A stretch of 64,000 bases of DNA from Paraspadella gotoi (GCA_051294375.1 CM119268.1:3624541-3688540); one strand, 5' to 3'. Positions 26,458 through 39,700 are shown, numbered from the stretch's first letter. Made by a program: numbers and translations. Notes: generated by a model not told the origin, from the letters alone.

Positions 26458-27536
26458 AAAGAAAGATAAAAGAAGAAGAGAATCAATTGTTCAAATCGTA
26501 TAAAATTCTCTTTCATTCTTTTGTCCTTTCTTTGTCACATAACTCCCGTCTCTGCCTTTTCTCTTTGTCCTCTGTGCGTCCCATAACTCTATTTTCCTTT
26601 GTCCCCGAAACTTTTTCCTTTCTTTTCCTTTCTTTTCCTTTCTTTACTTTTCCTTTATTTTCCTTTTCCTTCACATTTTATGTTTCTTCCAATCTGGTTT
26701 CTCAGAGAGGAGGAAAAAAAATCATTACATTTTGGCAATGATAAATGAAAATAGAAAAACTTGATATATAACAAAGTTTAATAAATTAGCTGATGTCAGT
26801 GAACTTGAAGTTAGAGTTAAAGTTAATAGTGAAATTGAAATAAAAGAATAAGCGGTGAGTGATAGATAAAGTGAGAGTAAGTGATAATAAGTAAAGAAAA
26901 GAAACTTCCACGTGAAATGGAACGATCCCTGTCGAGTGTGCAACTCTTTCTGTAAATCTGTCGGTCTCCCCATTTCTTAGTCTGTCTATCGTCTGTATTT
27001 TCCTACTGAGGTTAGTCAATCCTACAAGCCTCTCTGCCTGTCCGTCTGTATGTCTGTTTGTCTCTTTCTCTGTCTCTGAGATGATAGTTTGAAAGGGAAA
27101 AAAATGNNNNNNNNNNNNNNNNNNNNNNNNNNNNNNNNNNNNNNNNNNNNNNNNNNNNNNNNNNNNNNNNNNNNNNNNNNNNNNNNNNNNNNNNNNNNNN
27201 NNNNNNNNNNNNNNNNNNNNNNNNNNNNNNNNNNNNNNNNNNNNNNNNNNNNNNNNNNNNNNNNNNNNNNNNNNNNNNNNNNNNNNNNNNNNNNNNNNNN
27301 NNNCGGAGAGAGAACTAGAGAGAGAGCAGAGATAAGACGACCGAGCACAGAGAGAGGAGAGGAGGGGATAGAGAGAGAGAGAGGAGAATGAGCATGAAGG
27401 CTGAAAAGAGGTAGAGAGAGAGAGAGGAGAGAGAAGCGGAAGGAGAAAAGAGAGAAGACGTTTCCTTACCCTAATCATCCCCTTTTTCTCCCATTCCTCA
27501 CCCACGACACCCACCCATATCCAGCCTCGCCCTTAC

Positions 27537-28784
27537 CTTCTTCCTTTGGCCGCCTGATTCCACTCTCGATTTACCCCATTATCTCCTCCATTTGCTTCGT
27601 CGTCGTCGTCGTCGTCGTCGTCGTTGATTCCATCGTTTGTCGTCGTCGTCGTCGTCGTCTTTTGTTTTTCCATTTGTCGTCGTCGTCTTCGTCCGAGAAT
27701 CGAGTCTTTTTCTTCGATCGAAACGAAAACGAGATTTTCTCCGTCGACGTCGCTCGTTTGCTGCTGCGTTCGCCGCCGATGCTGTTGCTCCTGCGGCCCC
27801 TGCCGCTGCTGAGAACGAGGCCGTTGAGCCTCCCGCCTCTTGCTATGCTGCCGCGGCGCGCTACTATCGCCTTGGGCGTCCTCTCTCTTAATTTTCGACT
27901 CCTTACCCCGATCCTCACTCATCACTTCCCCTTCCGTCCGCCGCCGCCGCTCATCTACGGCCGCCGCCGCCGCAGCTGCCGCGTTGCTTTGAAAGGCGAG
28001 GAGAGAGAGAAGGAAGAAGAAGGAGAAGAGGAGATCAGCCTGACCGACGGAGGAAGAGACTGACTCCACGTGGACCGGGTGGAGGAGGAAGAGGAGAGAG
28101 GAAAAGAGAACGAGGGTGGAGGAAGAGGGGGAGGAAGAGGGAGAGAGGGAGGAAGGGAGAAGGGCCTGAGGAGTGGGAGAGGATGAAGATCGAGTCCTCT
28201 TCGTTGACGATGACGCCTCCGCCGAAGCCACGCCCACTTTTAACTGTTTCCGGTTTGATGAAACGTCTTCGTCGTCGTCGTCGTCGTCGTCGTCGTCTTC
28301 TTCAAATGTCTTTCGTCGACGCAAACAATTTCCCGATTCAGTTGCGTCAATCGAAAAGGATCCCTCGTCAGCCCAAACGGCACGCCCCATCGCAGCCCCG
28401 ACGTCTTCTCCTTTAGCCGCGAGACAAATCGAATCTGCTTCCGAAAATATTTGAGACGCGGAATCGTCGCTATGGCGACGGAGGGGACTTTGTATAGAGG
28501 GGTCGGGATGGTGTTGGAGCTGGAGCTGGAGCTGGAGCTGTTTACTTTGAAGAGGCACTGCAAAGTCAGAGGACGAGGAGTAAGAAGAAGATGCGGAAGG
28601 AGAGGAAAGAAATAAAGAAGATTCTCCTGCTTTGTTTTTCTTATCTCCTTCGGATTTAAAGATTTCGATTTCTTTTGTCGGCCGAACGGATTTTGTCGGT
28701 CGAGCGGGATTCGTCGGTCTGTCGGTCCCCGTCCGGACGATTTCCTCGGCGGCGTCGGAGGATGAAGTATGACGTCCGGACTGG

Positions 28785-28823
<39 letters not shown>

Positions 28824-30159
28824 GCCGGCGATTTCCGCAGCGCTCGCCCTCCAAACTGGCTTCCCTCTTTTCCCCGGCGAATTTGACGAGTCCCCGCGGA
28901 CTCTAACTCTGGCGGTCGACGGAGGAGATGGGAAACGCGTTGTTGTTGTTGTTGGCGTGGGTGTTTGTGTTCTTTTCCCGCTCGTCGTCGTTGTTGTTGT
29001 TGTGGTTGAAAGGATCGGCGCGGATCGGAGACTAGAAACAAAATGTTTTCTCTCACTTCACGGGATCCGTGAGTGGACCTCGACCTCTCACCATTTTCCT
29101 CACCTCCTCCTCCTCCTCCTCCTCCTCCTTCTCTTCCTCCCACGCCTCTTCTTTTGTTGTTGTTTTCGTCCTTGTTCGTCGAACGGTCGTTCTCATCGTC
29201 GTCGTCGTCGTCGTCGTCGTCGTCGGCGATGCTCTTTTCTTTTTTCCCAAATTCCGATTCAATTTCTGCGTCAGCGACCTCTACTCCTCGAGGCTTTTGT
29301 TTACTGCCAGCCTCGTTCTCGTTCCTCCCATCTTTCGTCTCCCTTTCCTCCTCTCCTTCTTTTCTCTTCTCCTTCTCTCCTTCTTTTCTCTCCTCCTTTT
29401 CTTCTTCTTTCCTTTCCTCCCCGCCTCCTTTTTCGGTTCCGGTTTTTCTCTTGTCTTTCCTTTTTTCCATTATTTTTACATTTTCGTTCGTCTCTGGGAG
29501 ACGCGGTTCTTTCTCAATGTCTCCTCCTCCTCCTCCTCCTCCTCCTCCTCCTCGTCCTTGAGAAAAGACTTCGCAGAATCCAGCATCATCGTCTTCGTCG
29601 TCGCCTTTTTCGTCGCCATCTTGAAAATTCGCCCTCACATCCTCGCTTTCACTTTCACCTCTCACCCTTATTTCCCTTTCACCCTTCGCCACCTCCTCCC
29701 ACTCTTCCTCTTCCTCCTCTCGACCGCCGGAGATCCGCAACGAGTCAACGTCCTCTCCGGCGTCCTCCGTTCGGCCACGCCCACTTCCGGAAAGAGGAGG
29801 CGCGTTGACGAGACCTTCGACCTCGGTAAGGGAGGCGGAGGCGTTGGCGGAGGTGAGGGCGATGAAGCGACGGGCGAGAGTGGACGAAGTGTCGGTGCTG
29901 TCGCCGGTGCGGTCGCCGGTGCGGTCGCCGGTGCGGTCGCCGGTGCGGTCGCCAAAAATCGTCTTCCGTCCCGTCGAAACCGAGTCGCAGCGGAATAACC
30001 TCTCGAAATTTCCAGGTTCCCCGGATTTAATTGGTTTCGACGGAAAAGAGGAAGAAAGTCCGGATGTAACCGAGTTGACAGAACCGGAAGTGAGGGCGTC
30101 GGCGTCTTTGAGGCGACTTTGAGTCTTTCGGCGTTCTCCTCGTAAAAACATTGACGTCA
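27537..30159 (-). CDS. TMTC: TMTC-family giant exon (2623 nt) with the HP-H-E-V / G-A-D motif embedded in low-complexity sequence
   Basis: Acceptor ctttctccttcatccag|TG at 30160/30159 and donor AG|GTAAGG at 27537/27536; phase 1-2 and open throughout. Encodes SLLFLLHPVHVESVSSSVGQADLLFSFFFLLSLLAF, matching TMTC 'LLFAVHPIHTEAV..IVGRAD.L...FFLLS'. Confidence 0.88.
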
Positions 30160-31100
30160 CTGGATGAAGGAGAAAGAAAAGGAAAAAGGGAGAAAATGGG
30201 AGACAGGGGTGTGAATGCGGTCGGGGAGACGAGTAGAATATGTAAAAGGAAGGAAAAGATGAAATGGAGGAAGAAAGTTGAAGCAGAAGTGAGAGAGAGA
30301 AAATGGAGAGGAAAGAGTGGAAAAGAAAAAAAATACGGGAGAGAAAATGATAAGGGAAAAATAAAAAAAAAAACATTTAATAATAAATGAGAGAATTAAT
30401 ATAAAAAAGTGACATTTTGTATTGAATGGGAAAGAGAATGAAGAGAGAAAAGAGAAAAAAATATAACAACTTGAAAAAATTGGAAGGTTAAAAAGGAGAG
30501 AAAAAGGTAAAAGGAGAAAGTCAGAAGAGAAGCAGATTAGAAAAGTAAGGCGACTCGAAAAGGGCAAAAGGTTGAAACCAAGAAAAACTTGGTTAGACTT
30601 AAAATACATTAGCTCTTTGCAAGAAAATGAGTTTAGTTTCATTACTATTCGCTTGTTCTTTAACATTTGATTATTTATTTTAGATTCTAAGAGTTAGTAT
30701 TTCGATTACTGAACTGTTTTGCATATCAGTTAAAAAAAACAAACTGGGTNNNNNNNNNNNNNNNNNNNNNNNNNNNNNNNNNNNNNNNNNNNNNNNNNNN
30801 NNNNNNNNNNNNNNNNNNNNNNNNNNNNNNNNNNNNNNNNNNNNNNNNNNNNNNNNNNNNNNNNNNNNNNNNNNNNNNNNNNNNNNNNNNNNNNNNNNNN
30901 NNNNNNNNNNNNNNNNNNNNNNNNNNNNNNNNNNNNNNNNNNNNNNNNNNNNNNGAGAGAGAGAGAGAGAGAGAGAGAAACTGTTTCTTTTTTTACTTCT
31001 TTTCCTCCTTAATTTCGATTTAATGAAGCGAAAAGAAACCTTGATGCGACAACCAATCAGATCACGAATTCTTCTGACCAATCGGCGATTAGGTACTTAC

Positions 31101-31198
31101 CTTTGGCAAAGAGTAGAGTGACTGAGGCGTGAGCGACGAGACTTACGACGTTAAAGATCGGACTCTTGGCGGAGGCGGAGCCAATGAGGCACTGAAGT
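31101..31198 (-). CDS. TMTC: TMTC-family exon not in the ORF track; encodes (R)LQCLIGSASAKSPIFNVVSLVAHASVTLLFAK(V)
   Basis: Strong donor AAAG|GTAAGT at 31101/31100 in phase 1, matching the phase-1 acceptor at 30159. The peptide aligns to TMTC 'RLN...GG..P..FH.VN..LH..VT.L'. The 5' boundary abuts an N gap, so the acceptor is inferred. Confidence 0.75.
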
Positions 31199-31610
31199 CN
31201 NNNNNNNNNNNNNNNNNNNNNNNNNNNNNNNNNNNNNNNNNNNNNNNNNNNNNNNNNNNNNNNNNNNNNNNNNNNNNNNNNNNNNNNNNNNNNNNNNNNN
31301 NNNNNNNNNNNNNNNNNNNNNNNNNNNNNNNNNNNNNNNNNNNNNNNNNNNNNNNNNNNNNNNNNNNNNNNNNNNNNNNNNNNNNNNNNNNNNNNNNNNN
31401 NNNNNNNNNNNNNNNNNNNNNNNNNGAGAAAACATTTGAATTTTTGAATTTTTACTTAAATAAACACAAATAAGTATTGCACTATAAAGTTTTGAGTAAT
31501 AATCTAAAAATGCAAAAAAATACTATTAAAAAAACTTGCGAAAGGCCATTTCGCAATAAAAGTTGCGTTCTAACTTTTTTTAAATTAACATGAGCTATGT
31601 GGAACAGGTA

Positions 31611-31700
31611 CCCTCGATAGCTCAGTTGGTAGAGCGGAGGACTGTAGTGGCAATTTCTCTGGGTATCCTTAGGTCGCTGGTTCGAATCCGGCTCGAGGGA
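31611..31700 (+). tRNA. tRNA-Tyr: tRNA-Tyr(GTA) with a 17-nt intron (31648-31664)
   Basis: CCCTCGATAGCTCAGTTGGTAGAGCGGAGGACTGTAG-[tggcaatttctctgggt]-ATCCTTAGGTCGCTGGTTCGAATCCGGCTCGAGGGA: canonical eukaryotic tRNA-Tyr with the intron at 37/38 and TTTT downstream. Confidence 0.97.
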
Positions 31701-32151
31701 CCATCTTTTGNNNNNNNNNNNNNNNNNNNNNNNNNTAGAGAGGATTCAAAAAGAGAGCCACATCCAACAAGAAGAAAGAAAAAAGAAGATCAACCTTATT
31801 AATCTTTTGCTTCGAAAAAACTTTTCGAATATTCGAGAGAGAGAGAGAGAGAGAGAGAGCAGTGAAAGTGAGGCGATAGAGAGAGAGAGAGAGAGAGAGA
31901 GAGAAGAAAAGAAAAAAAAGGAAGAAGAGAGAGGAAAGAAGAGAAGAAAAAAAAAGTGAGACAGATAGAGAAGAAGAGAGTGGTGAGAAGAGAGAGAGAG
32001 AAAAATAACTTTTCTCTACATTATGTTATCTTTTCGACGTGCATAGCGCTATAAGTTATATACACAAACACTCAAATTATTAGAGAATTTTCCATCAGTG
32101 TTTGTCTCGTCTCTCTCCTCTCTCTCTCTCTCTCGTCTACTCATCTCTCCG

Positions 32152-32186
<35 letters not shown>

Positions 32187-32931
32187 TCTCAACGAATCCC
32201 GCTCTCATCCACCGAATCCTCCTCTCTCATCCGTCTTCTCTCTCTCAGACTCAGCGGACTATTGGAATTAAATTTCAAATCAACAGCTGGCACTTTTTCC
32301 AGAGTAGCGAAACCGGAACGAAAATTGAGAAGAACAAATTATGAGTTGAAAAAAAAAAGAATACTGGAAGAAGTTTCTTTGATTCCGACTTTGAGCAGAT
32401 TGTTGTGAGTGGGCGTAACGCTTTTGACTTTAGTTAATTTATATAATAAGATACGTTTTAATTTTGAATAACGATTTTATTATAGAAATGAGGTTGTTGT
32501 AAACCGTAGAATGAACACAAATGATAAAAAAAGTATTACGTATTATTGGTTTCCCTTTCGCTTTTATTTTTAAAAAAAAATTTTATTAACTTTATTTTCA
32601 TTCGTCCGTCGCAGTTTTGTTGAAAAATTTAATATTACGTCAAAATTTTTTGAAAAAGACAACGTTGTTATCTCATTTCCTCTTTTCGAGAAGAACTCTT
32701 GTATAATCAAATATTTTTTCATAAAAGCTTTTTTGTATGCATAATTGAAAGAATTGAATTAATTATACCTACAAGAAAAATAGAGAGAAAAAAATCAAAC
32801 AACCCCGTGATAAAATGAAATATTTAACGACTAAATGAAAAGAAAAATTAAACCCCTTAATAAACAGCTCCTGATATAATTATCTTTAATTTTCAGGCTC
32901 GTTGTGGCGGCAGTGGGACTTAACGACGCAT

Positions 32932-33044
<113 letters not shown>

Positions 33045-33199
33045 GCGTTCTGAGAGGAGATTTGAATAAATTAGTGATTTTTGCCGATGGCGGCGTAATG
33101 TGTGGAGGAAGGAGAGAGAAAAATGGCGAAGAAAAAAGTGGAGGAAAAGGAAAAAAGAGGTTAACGAGAAGAAAAGAGAAAATAAAATGGAGATAAAGA

Positions 33200-33532
33200 A
33201 AAGGAAAGGAGAAAGAAGAGACAGCAGGAGAGAAGGATAAAAGAGAAAGAGAAGGAGAGAAGAATAAAACAGAAAGAAAAGGAGAAGGATAAAAGAGAAA
33301 GAGAAGGAGAGAAGAATAAAACAGAAAGAGAAGGAGAGAAGGATAAAACAGAAAGAAAAGAGAGAAGAATAAAACAGAAAGAGAAGGAGAAAGATAAAAC
33401 AGAAAGAGAAGGCGAGAAGGAGAAAACAGAAAGAGAAGGAGAGAAGGATAAAACAGAAAGAAAAAGAGAGATGGATAAAACAGAAAGAAAAGGAGAGAAG
33501 AATAATACAGAAAGAGAAGGAGAGAATAAAAT
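33200..33532 (+). repeat. Purine-rich ~22-29-bp minisatellite
   Basis: ATAAAACAGAAAGAGAAGGAGAGAAG(G/A) units, about 12 copies. Confidence 0.8.
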
Positions 33533-33920
33533 CACATGAATTAATTCACCAGCGTGAATCTCGATTATGACTCGTCGTGGTTTATGAAGGCAAGTCAGTT
33601 CACACGAGTGAGAGAAAAAAAATAACTGCGAAAAAAATGCAAACGAATTTCAAAAGACGTCACGGGGAAAATAATTCGGGTGATAAAATGATTACCTATC
33701 ATTGTTAACTTTCTTATCCCTCTCTTTTCTCTCTCTTCTCTCTCGTCTCTCTCTCTCTCTTCTTTTCTCTCCTCTTCTCTCTCTCTTCTTCTCTCTTCTT
33801 CTCTTGCTCTCTCTGCTCTCTGCTCTCATATATACGGCCTCATTAACTGTTACATTGTTACTGTGTTGTTAAAACATTTCACAAATCAAAATCAATCACT
33901 CTCTTTTCTCTCTCTCTCTC

Positions 33921-33974
<54 letters not shown>

Positions 33975-35728
33975 CAAAACACTGTGAAACTTCGAATCTT
34001 TTAGTAACTGAAAAGAGAAAAGAAAGTAAAAAAAAAGGAAAACAGTCCAGCTTTGATCCATACCGTCGCGCAAGAAATAACGAAAAAATCGAAAGGGAAA
34101 GAAAGACGAGAGAAAGACTCGATTTGAAAACACAAAGGGGATAAATCGAAAATAAGAAATTTCAATAAGAATTTGTGATTCGTTCGAATAGTCCCGGCAA
34201 ATGTATGTTGTGTATTACTTCCCCCTCTTCTACGGTGCCACAACCCCCCTTCCACAATCCACAACCCCCATCCACAATCCACCAACCCCCGCTTTCCACA
34301 ATGCCATGAGCCCCTAACTTACGTCCACATCCTCCAACGGACTAAAAAAAAAATGAAAATGGATTTTCATGTATCCGAAAGATAGTAGAAAGACGAGAGA
34401 AGAGAGAGAGTAGAGAGAGAGATAAGGAAAGTNNNNNNNNNNNNNNNNNNNNNNNNNAGAGGGAAGTAATAACAAATCATTCGACTTTCGACGACAAATT
34501 CTTATTGATTTTTATTTTCGTTTCCCTTTTGTTTTCATCGAANNNNNNNNNNNNNNNNNNNNNNNNNNNNNNNNNNNNNNNNNNNNNNNNNNNNNNNNNN
34601 NNNNNNNNNNNNNNNNNNNNNNNNNNNNNNNNNNNNNNNNNNNNNNNNNNNNNNNNNNNNNNNNNNNNNNNNNNNNNNNNNNNNNNNNNNNNNNNNNNNN
34701 NNNNNNNNNNNNNNNNNNNNNNNNNNNNNNNNNNNNNNNNNNNNNNNNNNNNNNNNNNNNNNNNNNNNNNNNNNNNNNNNNNNNNNNNNNNNNNNNNNNN
34801 NNNNNNNNNNNNNNNNNNNNNNNNNNNNNNNNNNNNNNNNNNNNNNNNNNNNNNNNNNNNNNNNNNNNNNNNNNNNNNNNNNNNNNNNNNNNNNNNNNNN
34901 NNNNNNNNNNNNNNNNNNNNNNNNNNNNNNNNNNNNNNNNNNNNNNNNNNNNNNNNNNNNNNNNNNNNNNNNNNNNNNNNNNNNNNNNNNNNNNNNNNNN
35001 NNNNNNNNNNNNNNNNNNNNNNNNNNNNNNNNNNNNNNNNNNNNNNNNNNNNNNNNNNNNNNNNNNNNNNNNNNNNNNNNNNNNNNNNNNNNNNNNNNNN
35101 NNNNNNNNNNNNNNNNNNNNNNNNNNNNNNNNNNNNNNNNNNNNNNNNNNNNNNNNNNNNNNNNNNNNNNNNNNNNNNNNNNNNNNNNNNNNNNNNNNNN
35201 NNNNNNNNNNNNNNNNNNNNNNNNNNNNNNNNNNNNNNNNNNNNNNNNNNNNNNNNNNNNNNNNNNNNNNNNNNNNNNNNNNNNNNNNNNNNNNNNNNNN
35301 NNNNNNNNNNNNNNNNNNNNNNNNNNNNNNNNNNNNNNNNNNNNNNNNNNNNNNNNNNNNNNNNNNNNNNNNNNNNNNNNNNNNNNNNNNNNNNNNNNNN
35401 NNNNNNNNNNNNNNNNNNNNNNNNNNNNNNNNNNNNNNNNNNNNNNNNNNNNNNNNNTTTTATGGTCGACGTAACTTATTAGAGTTTTTAGCGTCAATAT
35501 CTTTCGGCTCCAGTCAGGCGTATAGAGTTATATGTCAGATGCCAGGCGCCATTTGTCAGACTTTCACGGTTCAGGCGTTAACCATCAGGCGTGGCGCGAC
35601 AGGCATCAACAGAGGTCAGCGCCTGTCACTCAGTTTTACTCGCGTCAGAAAAATTTTCAATAACCAAAAAAAAACAAACTCTTAATGGATTTTTTTTCCG
35701 CTTTTGACTTTTCTCTCTTTTTTTAACA

Positions 35729-35809
<81 letters not shown>

Positions 35810-36059
35810 GGTATTTCGGGACTTTTTGACGGTTGTTCGTTCGTTTATTATTCGTTTGTTCGTTTCTTCTTTGTTTATTTGTTCGTTAATTACTTTCCGA
35901 CTTACTTCCTTCTTTTTATTATATATTTATTTTTATGTTCATTTTATTCAATAATTCAGTCTTCCATTCATTCATTCATTCATGCATTCACTCATTCATT
36001 CATTCACTTGTTTTTTTTTCATTCATTCAATCATGACAACATTCGTTTGGATACGAATG

Positions 36060-36182
36060 ATATTTCCTCCTTAATATCTCTTCATTAATATCTCTTCCTT
36101 AATATATTTTCCTTAATATCTCCTCCTTAATATCTCCTCCCTAATATCACTAACTTAATATCTCCTCCTTAATATTTCCTCC
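36060..36182 (+). repeat. 14-15-bp minisatellite (TTAATATCTCCTCC)
   Basis: About 8 tandem degenerate copies. Confidence 0.8.
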
Positions 36183-36763
36183 CTTTTCCTCTTTTTTTCT
36201 CTCTTAAGCTTTTTTTTCTCCGAGCGTCAAAAGCGAGGACCTCGGGTCTCCCATTCAAAACCAAGTTCACCTCTAACCCTTATCATTCTCCCCCCTCCCT
36301 CTCCCCTTACCGCCCCCCTTCTCCCCCCTTTCTTTTTTTTAAATACAGTTTTATTTTCTCAGTTTTTTTTTCTATTTTTTTCATACGTATATTTAATTAT
36401 TTCCCTTAAATTTTCATTATCTCCCAATTAACCTGTTATTTTTTTTTCATATTTCCTTCCTTAATAAATTGTGTCTCTATTTTAATCTTACTTCTTTCAA
36501 TGCGACCTTTTCTCTATCCCTTTCTTTATCCCTTTCACTATCCCTTTAACTATCCCCTCTCTATTTCCTTAATTCTCCCTTCTCTTTCTCTTTCTTCCTT
36601 AATTTTCCCTTCTCCTCCCTTTTTTCTTTCCCCCTCATTTTTCCTCCTCTTCTCCTTTTTCCTCTTCCCCCTCCCGCCTTTTTTTTTCGATCGTTGGTTC
36701 CTTTGAAGCCTTTTTTTGATCTCTGCGACGCGATTAATCGATCTCCATGGTTACCGGGTCGTT

Positions 36764-36810
<47 letters not shown>

Positions 36811-37814
36811 TTCGCTTTTGGACGTTATCATTGACGTTATCGTCATCATCATCGTCGTCGTGCCTTGATAACAAATTTATAATCTCTTAAATCTCTTAAA
36901 TCTTAATTTTTAATCTCTTAAATCTCTGTCACGTGTTGTCGTCGTCGCTATGGTAACGTCTCTTCATCTTCGGTTTTTTTTACGGTCGTGATTTTTTTTT
37001 TCTTTTTGTTTTCGGAGCATTAGCTTCAGAGCTAAAAATTACTGAAAAAAAAAAAGCAATATTAATAAAATAAATCTTTAGACTTATTTTTCGCGATGCT
37101 GTGATTTTTGCTACGTCGCGCATCCAGTGGCAGCGGACCGGCAAGGGAGCGGGGTAGCGAGGCATCTGAGGGCATCTGGGCAGCGGAGCGGCGGAGCGGC
37201 AGCGAGCAGCATAGCGGTCCAGCAGGTGCCGCTACGTAACGAGGGAGCGGGACGCGGCTAAGCGGTTGAATATCCATAACTTTTCGCCCTTGACTGTCAA
37301 AGGTTTAACCCGCGGAAAAAACTCGTTGCCCGAATCCATTCGGGTCAACTTCACTTCTGACCTCTTCTTCTTCTTCTTCATGGGGACCCACTAACTTTAA
37401 CTCGGCGCGATTCTCGATTTCTCACCATCGAACTTACCCGAGTGGTAATAGTAATAGTATAGTAATAGTAATAAAAGTAGTATCGAGAGAAAATTCAACT
37501 TGACTTTCTGGGCTATGATTTTTTAAGAAAGTTCTTGCACAATCTCATCTAAATGTATTTGCGTTTGCATCTGAAAGTAATTACGATTGCATCTGAATTT
37601 AAATGTAGTTCCATCCGAATGTAATTGCAAGCTGATTTAAATCTGCTTGCAAAATCCAATCTTATCTTTATGCATGTATAAATAATGTATTTATAATTTA
37701 TTTATAATCCACTTATTCGTGGGTACTAGCGACTAAGTCGGCTTGCAAGATCTTCTGAATATAAAAATATCATCTCCAAGAGCTGACATTGTCAGAGATG
37801 GTTATTTAATATGA

Positions 37815-38060
37815 TCTTATGAAATTGGTACAACCAATATAAAAATTATCCATTCATTTAATAAATAAGCTATCTTGCCCCTGACTTTGGACAGGCTTTG
37901 GTGGTTTAAGGCCTCCATCACTCTTACAAGATAATTACATAGCAGGTCCCTGCAAGCTTTCAATCAAGACTCTCTCACAGTCCCGTTTATTCACTCCCAG
38001 AGTACCTGGCTTCCCTATCAATGAAGTGGAAAATATTTCAAAGAATGTTTCAATTGTACG
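37815..38060 (+). repeat. Unclassified dispersed repeat family (other fragments near 2889-2930, 17525-17625 and 53310-53405)
   Basis: Shared blocks: ATGAAATTGGTACAACCAATAT (also 2891), AAGGCCTCCATC.CTCTTACAAGATAAT and AATCAAGACTCT (also 53317-53400), CCCAG.GTA.CTG.CTTCCCTATCAA.GAAGT (also 17560-17592). Confidence 0.65.
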
Positions 38061-39309
38061 AAAAGACCACTCCCTTAAGTATTATATGAGTATTATATGA
38101 GATGGAATTTTTCAATCTCATTTACATATTGCAGTATTAAATCTAAATTGTCTATTTTCATTTTGAATTTGGATATTAGTTCTGTTTTATGGTTTTCCAG
38201 TAGCTAAATATAGTCTTTAGCAATGTTAATGATTAAAATTTGTCATAGTAATATTTTAACTAATTAAATAATAATAATACTTTATTATTTTATTACTTAA
38301 AGAGTTAATTTGCTCATATTTATGCTCTTATAACTTGTTTGAATGTATCTGCAATCTCATTTAAATGCGTTTTCTTTCGTTGAAAAGATAAAATAAAATA
38401 AAAAAATGTGTTTGCAATGTTATCTATATGTATTTACATGATGCAGAAAAAAAATTTGCCAACTTTCCCTATTTCTTGGATGAGATTTCCACATTCCATT
38501 GTCCCATCCCACTTCTCGACCCCCTTTTTTCTTACCCCCCCTTCCTCGCCCCGTCGCCCTTCTCCCCTTCCATATCCCCAAACCGCACAATCACCATAAC
38601 TCCCTCTCGATCTTTCTTCGTTCCTTATTTTTGACCCCGCGTGACCTTTGAGGGATTTTCTTGGCATTAGCGTTTTTTCCCACAGTCGATGTCGAACCCA
38701 GGGATAAAAAGCGAAGCTATCTCGTGATTATTTTAAAGAAAACCGCACACGTATGCCATTGCATTGATTTTTCTTTCTCACTGGCTTTTCTCTCTCTCTC
38801 CTCTGCTCCCTCGTTTTGTCTCTGTCTTCTGTTCGGATCTCGTTCCGTCTCTGGGCGTCTTGTGCGGTGGGTTCCTCGTGCGGCTCTCTCTCGGCTCTCG
38901 TTCGTGCTCTTCTCTCGCTCCTGCTTCTCTCTAGAAGCGTCCCTCGGGATGGTTGCGACTGTGTTGAACGTGTCGCCGTGTGAAAAGCCAAAAGTGGTGA
39001 ATCACTCAAAGTAGTTTAATGGCGAAGGTTTAAGTTTGAAATTCTTGTTTACGTGCGAAAATGGGCATGCGACATGATTGTGCGTTTGCGTGAAAAAGCA
39101 TGTAGGATTCTCTTGAAATATTAACTCATAATAGCTATAATAATTTAATTTTTGTAAAGTAATTTTTGCTTCAATTTACAGCGAAGTTTGTTTATTTCAT
39201 TACTATTTCTCGCAATTCGGTTATCAATCGCATTTTCCCTCACAGTCCGAGAAGTACTTACTAACTCGTTAACTCTCGTACTTCTTCCCTTCATCCTCTC
39301 TCTTCCTCT

Positions 39310-39347
<38 letters not shown>

Positions 39348-39473
39348 CTCGTCTTCTCTCTCTCTCTGTGTGTTCTTTCTATCTTTTCTCTTTTACTCTC
39401 TCCTTTCGCTCTCTGTCTTTGAGACGTCTGTTTTCTTTGCCAAACTACTTTGAGTCTCTCTCCTCTCCTCTCT

Positions 39474-39511
<38 letters not shown>

Positions 39512-39650
39512 CTCATCTTCTCTCTCTCTCTCTTCCCCCTGTTCGGCTGAGATTTAATTTTTCAGCTTTTTTCATAGAATGTGAAGCAAAAAGAAAGAAA
39601 AAAAGCGAATAACGCATGAATAAAAGAAGAGAAAAACATCTCTCTCTCTT

Positions 39651-39700
<50 letters not shown>

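Noticed and set aside
30160-30376. N-terminal 72 aa of the 947-aa ORF
   Set aside because: This is the polypyrimidine-rich intron upstream of the acceptor at 30160; the real exon begins at 30159.
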